A stretch of DNA of 64,000 nucleotides from an uncultured delta proteobacterium (lineage in GTDB: Bacteria > Desulfobacterota > Syntrophorhabdia > Syntrophorhabdales > WCHB1-27), in NCBI GenBank assembly GCA_963810935.1, contig CAWEPK010000012.1:1-64000 (forward strand), in the 5' to 3' direction. Both the position numbers and the translations under genes were made by a program. Below, in pieces: positions 1-9,623 of the stretch. The first letter of the stretch is position 1; each line of letters opens with the position of its first letter. The notes under the pieces are model-generated. The model searched no databases and was not told the DNA's origin. It worked only from the letters and a program-made list of their open reading frames with translations.

Positions 1-573
1 CAGCGCCTCGACCAGCACGTAGGCCGCCTGTAGGGCCTCGGTCGGGCACAGAGGGAAGCATTCCTTGCAGTTCCAGCATTCTTTGGCCGCTATGTCTGGG
101 ATAAAGCTTATCTCCTTGCGGATGCCCCTGTCCACGAAGCCGATGGCGTTTGCCTTCTTGACCTCGTTGCAGTAACGGATGCAAAGGCCGCAGTGGATGC
201 AGAAAGAAGACTCCTTCTCGAAGCGGTTTTTGTCCGCCCCGTATTCCCTGGCGTAGTCCTGTAGGATGAAGGCGTCGGGCGCATGTGCAAGCTGCAACTC
301 CAGGATCATCTTGCGTATCCTGTCTACTTTCTCGGACCGGGTGCGCACTATTATATTCTTCTCGGCAGGATAGACGCAGGAGACGGCGAGCTTGGTCCAG
401 CCCTTTATTTCTATCTCGACTATGCAGAGCCGGCAGGCCCCGAAGGGCTCCAGCTTCTCATGCCAGCAAAGGGTCGGGATGGATATGCCGTTCGCCTGCG
501 CTACTTCGAGGACGGTCTGTCCCTCGGTCGCCTTTACTTCCTTGCCGTCGATCTGGAAGACGATCTCACTCAT
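1..573 (-). CDS. bamI: BamI, NuoG/HydA N-terminal-like 2Fe-2S/4Fe-4S subunit of class II benzoyl-CoA reductase (3' end runs off the window)
   Basis: Absent from the ORF track because it has no stop in the window. Manual translation from ATG 573, which overlaps the bamH stop as ATGA: MSEIVFQIDGKEV...IPTLC...GACRLCIVE...SC...CIHCGLCIRYC...CWNCKECFPLCPT. Confidence 0.88.
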   Translation of the reverse strand, partial: MSEIVFQIDGKEVKATEGQTVLEVAQANGISIPTLCWHEKLEPFGACRLCIVEIEIKGWTKLAVSCVYPAEKNIIVRTRSEKVDRIRKMILELQLAHAPDAFILQDYAREYGADKNRFEKESSFCIHCGLCIRYCNEVKKANAIGFVDRGIRKEISFIPDIAAKECWNCKECFPLCPTEALQAAYVLVEAL

Positions 574-2498
574 TTCTGTTTAGCCTCCCTGACTATCTTT
601 CTCGCTTCTTCGGTAAGGGGCGGCGGAACGGGGACGCCCGATATCTTGGTCACCGCGCGGAACTTGGGAGGACAGACTTCAAAGCACGTTCCACATTTCG
701 TGCACTTTTCCTGATCTACCATATGGATGAGGTTCTTCCCCCCTATAATCGCTTCCGAGGGGCATTTCCTGGCGCAGGTGGTGCAGGCGTTGCACTTCGC
801 GGGGTCGATGTAGAAGTTGATAAGCTCCTTGCACGACAAGGCGGGGCAGCGCTTCTCTTTAACGTGCGCCTCGTACTCGTCCCTGAAGTATTTAAGCGTT
901 GAGAGGAAGGGGTTCGGGGAGCTTTTACCGAGCGCGCAGAGGGCCGCCTCTATGGCAGTCTCGGAGAGCGCCTCGAGGGTCTCTACGTCGCCTTCCTTGC
1001 CTTTGCCCTTGGTGATATTGGTAAGCAGCTTGAGCATCTGCCTCATGCCCTCACGGCAGGGTACGCACTTGCCGCACGACTCGTCGGTGAGGAACTCCAT
1101 GAAGTACCTGGCGACGTCGACCATGCAGGTATCTTCATCCATGACGATCATGCCGCCGGAGCCCATCATCGAGCCTGCTTTGGTCAGCTCGTCGAAGCCG
1201 ACTGGCAGGTCAAGGGCGTCTTCAGGCAGGCAGCCGCCCGAAGGCCCGCCCGTCTGTACGGCCTTGAACTTCTTGCCGTTCGGTATGCCGCCGCCTATGT
1301 CGTAAATGATCTCCTTCAGAGGAGTGCCCATAGGCACTTCGACGAGACCCGTATTCGTTATCTTGCCGACAAGGGAGAATATCTTGGTGCCCTTGCTCGT
1401 CTCCGTGCCGTATTGCGTGAACCAGTCGGCGCCGTTGTTGATGATAAGCGGGACGTTGGCCCACGTCTCGACGTTGTTGAGGACGGACGGCTTGCTCCAG
1501 AGGCCGACGATATTGGACCGGATATACTTGGGCCTGGGCTCTCCCGCCCTGCCTTCGATGGCGGTCATGAGGGCGGTCGATTCGCCGCAAACAAAGGCGC
1601 CTGCGCCCCTGTGTACCTTGACGACGAAGTCGAAGCCGGAACCCAGGATGTTCTTGCCCTGGAGGCCCATTTCTTCCGCCGTCTTTATGGCCATGTTGAC
1701 GTTTTCGACAGCGAGGGGGTATTCCTGGCGGACGTATATGTAGCCCTCGTGGGCGCCTATCGCATAAGCCCCCAGGGTCAGGCCCTCAAGCACCGCATGC
1801 GGGTTGCCTTCGAGCAAGCTCCTGTCCATGTAGGCGCCGGGGTCGCCCTCGTCCGCGTTGACGATCACGTATTTCACGGGGTCTTTCGCGTTGCGGGAGC
1901 CTTCCCATTTGACGCCTGCCGGGAAGCCGCCGCCCCCACGGCCCCGGAGGTTGGCCTTCTTGACTTCCTGGAGCACGTCGTCGGGGCTCATGGCGCCCAG
2001 GGCCTTAGCCAGGGCGGCGTATCCGCCTATGGCCAGGTAGTCGTCGACGTTCTTCGGGTCAACGCTGACGTTCGCGCCGAAGACGATACGCCCCTGGTTC
2101 TTGTAGAAAGGTATCTCCGATTCGTGGATGATCTTTTCTTTCGTGACCGGGTCGTTGTAGACCAGGCGGTCTATGACCTTCTTGCCCACTATCGTCTCGG
2201 AGATGATCTCAGGCACGTCCTCCGGCTTGATCTGGAAGTAGCATATCTCGTCGGGCCGTATGACGATGATGGGGCCTCTCTCGCAGAAGCCGTGGCAGCC
2301 TGTCTTCCTTATATCGACCGTGGAAGAAAGGCCCTGCTTTGCCACCTCTTCTTCGAGCTTGATCGCCACTTCCCGGCTGCCCGAGGCATGGCAGGCAGAA
2401 CCCGAGCAGAGGGTGATGACCGTCTTCTTCGGGTCTCTCTGCGAGATGATATCTTTTCTGAGTGCTTCAAGGTCGGCGGGTGAGTTTATCCGCGGCAT
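570..2498 (-). CDS. bamH: BamH, NuoF/HydB-like NADH/FMN-binding subunit
   Basis: LRGRGGGGFP, NADEGDPG, AFVCGE, ESCGKCVPCREG, C-terminal 2x[4Fe-4S]; position in the bam cluster. Confidence 0.93.
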   Translation of the reverse strand: MPRINSPADLEALRKDIISQRDPKKTVITLCSGSACHASGSREVAIKLEEEVAKQGLSSTVDIRKTGCHGFCERGPIIVIRPDEICYFQIKPEDVPEIISETIVGKKVIDRLVYNDPVTKEKIIHESEIPFYKNQGRIVFGANVSVDPKNVDDYLAIGGYAALAKALGAMSPDDVLQEVKKANLRGRGGGGFPAGVKWEGSRNAKDPVKYVIVNADEGDPGAYMDRSLLEGNPHAVLEGLTLGAYAIGAHEGYIYVRQEYPLAVENVNMAIKTAEEMGLQGKNILGSGFDFVVKVHRGAGAFVCGESTALMTAIEGRAGEPRPKYIRSNIVGLWSKPSVLNNVETWANVPLIINNGADWFTQYGTETSKGTKIFSLVGKITNTGLVEVPMGTPLKEIIYDIGGGIPNGKKFKAVQTGGPSGGCLPEDALDLPVGFDELTKAGSMMGSGGMIVMDEDTCMVDVARYFMEFLTDESCGKCVPCREGMRQMLKLLTNITKGKGKEGDVETLEALSETAIEAALCALGKSSPNPFLSTLKYFRDEYEAHVKEKRCPALSCKELINFYIDPAKCNACTTCARKCPSEAIIGGKNLIHMVDQEKCTKCGTCFEVCPPKFRAVTKISGVPVPPPLTEEARKIVREAKQK

Positions 2499-2508
2499 GA
2501 TTTTTTCC

Positions 2509-2961
2509 TCAATCGTAGTTTTTCAGTACGTCGGCCGTCTGGACAGGGGACATCTTGCCGTGTGTCTTCCCGTCGATCTCCATGACGGGACCCAAGGCGC
2601 AGCAGCCCAGGCAGTTGACGATCTCCAGGCTGAATTTCAGCTCCAGGTCCGTCTCGCCGGGCTTGATGCCCGTTATCTCCTCCACCGTGTCGAGGACGCG
2701 TGACGCCCCTCGGACGTGGCAGGCCGTGCCCATGCAGATGTGGACCTGGTGGCGGCCCTTCGGCACTAGGCTGAATGCCTTGTAGAAGGTGGCGATATGC
2801 TGGATGCGCGTCATGGGGACCTGAAGTTTTTCTGCTACTCTGCCCAAGGCCTCCCTGGGCAGCCAGCTATTCTCCGCCTGGATGTCTAAAAGCACCTGGA
2901 TGAGATAGCTCGCATCGCCGTGATACTTGTCGATGATCTTGTCGATTCTCTCATTGTCCAT
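2509..2961 (-). CDS. bamG: BamG, NuoE/HydC-like 2Fe-2S subunit
   Basis: ATFY, CMGTACHVRG and NCLGCCALGP motifs. Confidence 0.93.
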   Translation of the reverse strand: MDNERIDKIIDKYHGDASYLIQVLLDIQAENSWLPREALGRVAEKLQVPMTRIQHIATFYKAFSLVPKGRHQVHICMGTACHVRGASRVLDTVEEITGIKPGETDLELKFSLEIVNCLGCCALGPVMEIDGKTHGKMSPVQTADVLKNYD

Positions 2962-3015
2962 AGGATATGTCCCGGTCCTTACTTTTTTTGCTCTCTGCTC
3001 AAGGCACAGTCCGCC

Positions 3016-3783
3016 TTAAGCGACGGCGTAACGCTTCCCGCTTTCGTCGTACCTGACGAGCCTCTGGCGCGACGAGCTGTTCAGGTACTTCGACACCTCC
3101 GACGGGGTAAGGCCCAGGGCCTTAGCTATCTCGGCTGTGGACAGCGGCTTCTCCCGCAAAAGGGCGATGATCTGCGTGACAGCGAGCTTGTCGGCGATAG
3201 TCTCCTTGAACAGGCGCTCAAGCTCCTCGCTCTCGAAGAACTTGTGATACTCTTCCTCGGACATGGGGGGCAGCCTGAGCCTCTCCCTTTCCACCAACCT
3301 GATGTAAGGGATGAGCTTTGTCACGGAATCGAGCCTGAACTTTAGCGTTTCCGCGTCAATGCCCTCGCTCTTACCCAGCGGTCCCAGCTCCTTTATCGTC
3401 TTGACGAAGTCGTTGACGCTCTCCGTAAAAAGGTTCGCCTCGGCGCCGGACATGAACCGCATCCTAAGCCTTTCCGGGTCCAGCCCTATGCGCGCCAGGA
3501 GCTTCTTCGCTAGCTGCACCATGGCAAAGGTATGGTAGTTGCCGTGGGTGACGTAGTTGCACTCGTTCAGGTGGCAGCCGCCGATAAAGACCCCGTCGGC
3601 GCCCTTCGAGAAGGCCCTGAGCACAAAGCTCATATCCACCCTACCCGTGCACATGACGCGGATAAGCCTCATTTCGGTTGTATATTGCAGTCTGGAAACT
3701 CCAGCCAGGTCAGCAGCGCCGTATGCTCACCAATGGCATACGAAGCCCAGTACCTTCGGCTTGAACTTAAGGTCCGCACTCAT
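3016..3783 (-). CDS. bamF: BamF, MvhD-like 2Fe-2S selenoprotein (Sec19) with a C-terminal winged-HTH-like extension
   Basis: ATG 3783 gives MSADLKFKPKVLGFVCHW-TGA(3727-3729)-AYGAADLAG, in frame with the track ORF 3016..3672 (VMCTGRVD, GCHLNECNY). The TGA occupies the second Cys of the MvhD CxWC motif. Confidence 0.92.
3692..3704 (-). promoter_or_regulatory. SECIS-like hairpin of bamF
   Basis: mRNA CUGGA-GUU-UCCAG stem-loop beginning about 22 nt 3' of the UGA, with G first in the apical loop. Confidence 0.7.
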
Positions 3784-3835
3784 CAGCACTCACCCCCTTG
3801 TCTTACCTTACCGGTTGACTTCGCTCTCATCAGTC

Positions 3836-6800
3836 TCACCCTCCGACCGCCGCGTCGATCTGCTTCATGATGTCTTCGGCAGAAACCGCCGCGTCGATCT
3901 CGGTTATTACCTCTTCGTCCGTAAAATGCTTCAGCTTAATGGCGTTGGTCGCGCACTTCGTGTTGCAGAGCCCGTCGCCCTTGCAAAGGACGGGGTTGAC
4001 TCTGGCTTTCCTGCCTGTGGGCGACTCATAGAAGTCTATCGCGCCGTACGTGCAAGCCGTGATGCAGGCCCCGCACGAGATGCATTTGTTCTCGTCCACC
4101 TCGCATACCGAGCCGGAAGCGACTACCGTATCGTGGGACAGCAGCGTCAGCACCCGCCCGGCAGCGCCGTAAGACTGGTTGATCGTCTCCTGCATGAACT
4201 TCGGATAATGGGCGAGCCCGCACAGGTAGACGCCGTCGGTCGCGAACTCGACCGGCCTCAGCTTGACGTGTGCCTCTTTGAAGAAGCCGTCCGGGCTTAA
4301 CGTAACCTTGAACAACCCGGCAACCTCCTTCGTCGAGGACGCGGGAATGACGGCTGCGGCGAGGGCGATGACGTCCGCGTCTATCTCCAGCTTCTTCTCA
4401 AGCACGTAGTCGATAGCCGTCACTTTCAGGACCGGCCGCCCCTCTTCGGATTTGCCCGGCTTTAGCTTGGGCGGCTCCTGTTGCTCGTAGCGGATAAACC
4501 GCACGCCTTTGTTCGCGGCCTCCCTGTAAAAATCTTCCTTGAAGCCGTAACTCCTAACGTCCCTGAACAGGATGTAAATGTCCATATTCGGGTTGATCTC
4601 TTTCAGCTTAAGGGCGTTCTTTATCGACTCGCTGCAGCACAGCCTGCTGCAATAGTTCCTCTCTTCGTTCCTGCACCCGACGCACTGGATCATCACGAGG
4701 CTCTGCGCAGCCGTGACCTTCTCGTCGCCCGCGAAGATCTTCTCCTCCAGCTCAAGGTGCGTCATCACCCTTTCGTCCTGACCATAGAGGTACTCCGTCG
4801 GAGTCAATACCTCTGCGCCGATGGCGAGGACGGCCGCGCCGTGCTTTATCTCTGTCGCACCCCTGTCGGACTTGATCTTCGTGACGAAGTTGCCGATGTA
4901 GCCGGCCGCGTCGGTAATGGTCGCGCCGGTGTAGACGTGGACCATCGGGTTGGTATAGACCTCTTTGATCAGGCCCTTAAGGTATGCCTGGACGTCCGTG
5001 CCTTCCAGGGTGTAATGGATCTTCCGCGCTATGCCGCCCAGATCGTTCTCTTTCTCGATCAGGTAGACCTCATGCCCCTGCCGCGCTATCGACAGGGCGG
5101 TCGTCATGCCGGCAACGCCTCCGCCGACGACCAGAGCCCTCTTATCGACGGGCAGGTCGAACTCGCGCAAAGGCTCGAGGAGATGGGCGCGCGCAACGGA
5201 CATGCGGATGATGTCTTTCGCCTTCTGCGTCGCCTCTTCCTTCTCCTTCTGGTGGACCCACGAGTTGTGCTCGCGGATGTTGGCCATCTCGTAGTAATAC
5301 TGGTTGATGCCCGCCTCGCGCAGTGTGTCGCGGAAAAGCGGCTCCAGCGTCCTCGGAGAGCAGGCTGCGACCACAACGCGGTTCAGCCCTTTCTCCCTCG
5401 TTATATCCGTGATCTCCCTCGCTGAGTTCGTCGCGCACGAAAAGAGCTGGTTCTGTGCGTAGACGACGTTCGGCAGGCTCTTGCAGTATTCGACCGTATC
5501 CGGGATGTTTACTATCGCCGAAATGTTCGCGCCGCAATGGCAGACGAAAACGCCTATCCTCGGCTCCTCCTGGGAGACGTCCCTTTCTTCCGGGTAAATC
5601 CTTTCTTTGGTCAGGTTCCCGCGCCTGTAGTCGAGCATCTCGCCTATCTGCGCGCCCGCCCCGCTTGCGCTGAAGACGGACTCCGGGATGTCGATAGGGC
5701 CTTGGAAGGCGCCGCTCACGAAGATGCCGGGCCTTTTGGTCTCCAGCGGGTTGAAGGGGTTGAGCTTCGCGAACTTATGCTCGTTCAGATCGATGCCGTA
5801 CTGCTTCGCCATCGCCTCGGCCTCTTTGGGAGGGTTCAGGCCGATGGAGAGCACCACCATCTCGAACTCTTCTTCCTTGACCCCTTCGTTGGTCGTGGAG
5901 TAGCGGACCGTGACGTTCTTCGTAACGGGGTCCTCTTTTACTATCGAGGTGTAGCTCCTGATGAAGCGCATGCCCGGCAGGTTCTCGGTCCTCTGGTAGT
6001 AGCGCTCGAAATCCTTGCCGTACGACCGGACGTCGTTGTGGAATATCGTGCATTCGGCGCCAGCGTCGTGGTCCTTGGTCAGTATCGCCTGTTTCTGGGC
6101 GTAGGTGCAGCAGACGGCCGAACAGTAGCTGTTCCCGCCCTCGATGACCTGCCTCGATCCGATGCACTGTATCCACGCAACTTTATGCGGGTGCTTCAGG
6201 TCGGAGGAGCGATATATCTCGCCTTGGTAAGGGCCCGTCGAGCAAAGGAGCCGCTCGTAGTCCATACTGGTGACTACGTTCTGGAACTCACCGTAGCGGT
6301 ACTCCGCACGCACCTTCGGGTCGAACGGCTCGAAGCCGGGAGCGAGGACTACGGCGCCCACGTTGATATCCTGCTTTTCCGCCGCCTGGTTGAAGTCTAT
6401 CGCGTTGTTCTTGCAGACAGCCTCGCAGATGCGGCATTTCTTCTCTTTGAGGTAGAGGCAGCTCTCGTCGATATACGTCACGAGAGGGATGGCCTGCGCG
6501 AAGTAAACGTGCACGGCCTTGTTCTTCGATATGTCCTGGTTGAACTCGTCCGGGTACTTTACCGGGCAATAATCGACGCAGGTAGTGCAGCCGGTGCACT
6601 TGTCCTCCAGGATATACCTCGGCTTCTTGGTAAGGGTTACCTTGAAGTTTCCCGCTTCTCCCTCGATACCGTCAACTTCGGTATACGTGAGGACCTCGAT
6701 GTTAGGATGCCGGCCGACCTCGACCAGCTTGGGTGCGAGTATTCACATCGAGCAGTCGTTGGTCGGGAAGGTCTTATCGAGCTGGGCCATGTGGCCACCG

Positions 6801-6973
6801 ATGCTCGGCGACTTCTCGACCAGGTACACCTTGAAGCCCGCCGTGGCCAGATCGAGGGAGGCCTGAATACCGCTGATGCCGCCGCCGACGACCATGACGT
6901 CCCCGAAGTTACCGCCTGCAAGACTCTTGCAGACCTGCTGGATGTTTTCCTTCAGCATTATTACGTTATCCAC
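3836..6973 (-). CDS. bamE: BamE, tandem HdrA-like FAD/Fe-S protein, selenoprotein (Sec77), about 1045 aa
   Basis: Track ORFs 6743..6973 and 3836..6514 are in the same frame, joined by TGA 6743-6745 in [18 protein letters not shown] (canonically CSxC). Two GGGxxG FAD sites, two CxGxR...CSxxCC motifs, ferredoxin motifs. Confidence 0.92.
6709..6728 (-). promoter_or_regulatory. SECIS-like hairpin of bamE
   Basis: mRNA GCUGGUCG-AGGU-CGGCCGGC, an 8-bp stem with two G-U pairs beginning about 14 nt 3' of the UGA, with G in the loop. Confidence 0.68.
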
Positions 6974-7041
6974 CTTTTCTCACCTCGTCAGGTTTTGTGG
7001 TCTATGCCATTTCGGGTATCTCACCCGACTTAAAGCTCTCC

Positions 7042-7839
7042 TTACGCAGGGCCGCCGCCCAGCCGCTCCGGATGGGAATAAACCGTGAGACGATTCCCCC
7101 GCGCATAGCCTATCAGCGTGACGCCCAGATCGCGCGCGATGGAGACTGCGGCCCCCGTCGGCGAATGGCGCGACACGACGACAGGCGCCTGCATCCTTGC
7201 CGCCTTCAGCATCATCTCCGAAGAGACACGGCCCGTAGTCAAAAGCAGCCGGTCCTTCGTCGGTATATTTCTCATCAGGCATTCCCCCTGTATCTTGTCC
7301 AGGGTATTATGCCTGCCTATATCGTCCGTCACGACGAGCAGGCCCTTTGTATCCGCCAGGGCCGACGTATGCATGCCGCCACTCGTGCGCTCGGTCTCTA
7401 TCCGTTCCTGAAGCTGTCTCATCGTGGAAAGCACTACCGCAGGCTCAAGCCGGAAGTCCGATTCGACTTTTCTGGTTTCGATCTTGAAGACCGCGCCACC
7501 GCCGCACCCCGAAGTTATCGTCCGGGACGTCGGGACCTGGTAATCGGGATTGACAAGCCTTACGTCGGCCATTGCATCCGAACCGCAGACGCTCATACTG
7601 GTCACGTCTCCGAGGCCCGATATGATGCCTTCAGCGTATAAGAACCCGTAAATGAGACAATCGATTTTTGTGGGGGTGCACTGGATGGTGACGAGTTCCT
7701 GGAGGTTAATGTAGACCGTGATTTCCTTCTCGAAGGGCACGCCGACCGATGTCTTGGCCCACCCCTGATCGGAAAAGCGGTCGCAGATTACTTCTCCCGC
7801 GATGCCATTCGTCTCCGACATGTCAACCGCCGCCTGCAT
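7042..7839 (-). CDS. fdhD: FdhD/FdsC family cofactor sulfurtransferase
   Basis: GFLYAEGII, TSGCGGG, GGMH, DIGRHNTLDK, TGRVSSEM motifs. Real start is ATG 7839 (or 7821); the track extension to 8094 overlaps bamD. Confidence 0.9.
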   Translation of the reverse strand: MQAAVDMSETNGIAGEVICDRFSDQGWAKTSVGVPFEKEITVYINLQELVTIQCTPTKIDCLIYGFLYAEGIISGLGDVTSMSVCGSDAMADVRLVNPDYQVPTSRTITSGCGGGAVFKIETRKVESDFRLEPAVVLSTMRQLQERIETERTSGGMHTSALADTKGLLVVTDDIGRHNTLDKIQGECLMRNIPTKDRLLLTTGRVSSEMMLKAARMQAPVVVSRHSPTGAAVSIARDLGVTLIGYARGNRLTVYSHPERLGGGPA

Positions 7840-7901
7840 CAGTATTTCTTTCCCCTCGCCGGCCCCAAAAGGCCAACGATCCCCCGTCGTACGATTTACG
7901 G

Positions 7902-9053
7902 CTATATCACTTCTGCCAGCACTTCCGTAATGTCCTTTACCTCTATCACGTCGCTGTAATTGAGCACGGCCCTGCTGTCCTCGAAGTTCGTTATGCAATA
8001 GGGACAGGCCGTAACTACTTCTTTCACCCCAAGCGCGACGGCCTCTTCCGTCCGGATGTTGACGAACCGCTCGTTCTTCGGCGTCTCCGCCCATATCCTG
8101 CCTCCGCCCATGCCGCAGCAGAGGGCCTCGTCCCGCGACTCGGAGAACTCGGTAAGCTCGAGGCCGGGCACTTTCGAAAGGACGTTCCGGGGCTCGTCGT
8201 ATATGCCGTTGTGGCGGCCCAGGTAGCAGGGGTCGTGGTAAATTACCTTCTTCTCGTAACCCTTCTGCACTTTCAGCCTTCCCTCGTCCATGAGCTGCGA
8301 GAGATACTGGGAGATATGGATTATCTCGAAGTTAACCATGAACTCCGGGTACTCGTTCTTGAACGTGTGATAGCAGTGCGGGGAAGATACGAGGATCTTC
8401 TTTACCCCGTTGTCGATAAACGTCTTGATGTTCTCTTTGGCGAGGCGCCTGAAGAGGTCTTCGTTGCCTGTCTTGCGGATGCTCTCGCCGCAGCAGCTCT
8501 CCTTCGCGCCCAGTATGCCGAAATCGACCCCGGCCTTCTGGAGCACCGTAGCCGTCGCCCTGGCGACTTTCTTCAGCCTCGGGTCATAGCTAAGGTAACA
8601 GCCGGGAAAATAGCAAACTTCCATGCCTTCGGCAAACGGCTTTACGCCGAGCCCCTCGGCCCAGTCCGCGCGCGTTTTCCGGTCCTCGTTAAAGGGGTTC
8701 CCCTGCGCTGTCAGGCCTGCGCTCACGGTGCGATACGGCTTGACCGAGGCGTGGAACACGTTGTATCCCGTCGCCATCTTGCGGATGGCAACCATATTGT
8801 TTATCTGCTTCACGTCCCTGGGGCACCGCTGCGGGCACTTGCCGCAAGTCGTGCAGCGCCATATATCTTCCTTCTCGATCTCCGAGAGGCCGAATACGGC
8901 CTCACGGATGAGCTTGCGCATGCTGAACCTGTGAACGCGGTTCCAGGGGCAGACGGTGTCGCATTTTCCGCACTGGTAGCAGAGTTTGACAAAGTCACCG
9001 CCCTTGTCTCTTATCTCGTCTATTACCTCTTTAAAGGGGGCTACAGTCTCCAC
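7902..9053 (-). CDS. bamD: BamD, HdrC/HdrB-like (2x[4Fe-4S] plus two CCG domains) Fe-S oxidoreductase
   Basis: CYQCGKCDTVCP, CTTCGKCPQRCP, SCCG, YHDPCYLGR, LCCGMGGG, TACPYC. Confidence 0.9.
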   Translation of the reverse strand: METVAPFKEVIDEIRDKGGDFVKLCYQCGKCDTVCPWNRVHRFSMRKLIREAVFGLSEIEKEDIWRCTTCGKCPQRCPRDVKQINNMVAIRKMATGYNVFHASVKPYRTVSAGLTAQGNPFNEDRKTRADWAEGLGVKPFAEGMEVCYFPGCYLSYDPRLKKVARATATVLQKAGVDFGILGAKESCCGESIRKTGNEDLFRRLAKENIKTFIDNGVKKILVSSPHCYHTFKNEYPEFMVNFEIIHISQYLSQLMDEGRLKVQKGYEKKVIYHDPCYLGRHNGIYDEPRNVLSKVPGLELTEFSESRDEALCCGMGGGRIWAETPKNERFVNIRTEEAVALGVKEVVTACPYCITNFEDSRAVLNYSDVIEVKDITEVLAEVI

Positions 9054-9083
9054 GATTAAGCCTCTCGTTTTATCTTGACGTCC

Positions 9084-9623
9084 TTAGCCCTTCTCGCTCA
9101 TGCGGGCTACGGTGTCGGCCACCTTCTGTAATCCGTACTTGTCCACCATCGACGCGAGACCCGACGCTACGTCCTCCATCTCGACGCTTTCTTCGACTTC
9201 CTCTTCCCTTTCCTCGTAAATCAGCGCGTCGTTGAGGCACCACTGGACGCAGAGCGGTTTCTCCTGCTTCGGGTCGTCCTCGCACATGTCGCACTTCAGG
9301 GGGAGGCCGGAATCCGGCTCCTTGAAGATGTTCCTCGAAGGACACGAGGCCCTGCAGAAGCCGCACTCATCGTATTCTTTTCCGTCGATGACGTACGCGT
9401 CTCTGCCCAGGCACTCCGCCGGCGTATACTCACCCGCGTAGACGGGGAGATAGACGTCCCTGATCGGGTCGCGGATAAGGCGTATGCGCGACCTTGCCGG
9501 GTTGTTGCTGCCGTACTTCGGGTTGGAGTGGAAGGCGGAGCAAATCATCTCGCACGCCCGGCAGCCGTTGCACTTGTCGACGTCAATCTTGATCGTCTTG
9601 ACTATCTTCTTAACTTTGCTCAT
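9084..9623 (-). CDS. bamC: BamC, electron-transferring Fe-S subunit
   Basis: CNGCRACEMICS, CGFCRASCP, KCDMC, CVQWC; overlaps the end of bamB. Confidence 0.92.
   Translation of the reverse strand: MSKVKKIVKTIKIDVDKCNGCRACEMICSAFHSNPKYGSNNPARSRIRLIRDPIRDVYLPVYAGEYTPAECLGRDAYVIDGKEYDECGFCRASCPSRNIFKEPDSGLPLKCDMCEDDPKQEKPLCVQWCLNDALIYEEREEEVEESVEMEDVASGLASMVDKYGLQKVADTVARMSEKG

Noticed and set aside
570..2961. Respiratory complex I or hydrogenase operon
   Set aside because: Only NuoE/F/G-like soluble modules are present, with no membrane or H-cluster/NiFe subunits. Context identifies them as BamGHI.
6743..6973. Separate 76-aa protein, or a bamE pseudogene
   Set aside because: The TGA is in frame, at a conserved Cys, and followed by a SECIS-like hairpin. 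Selenocysteine explains it better.
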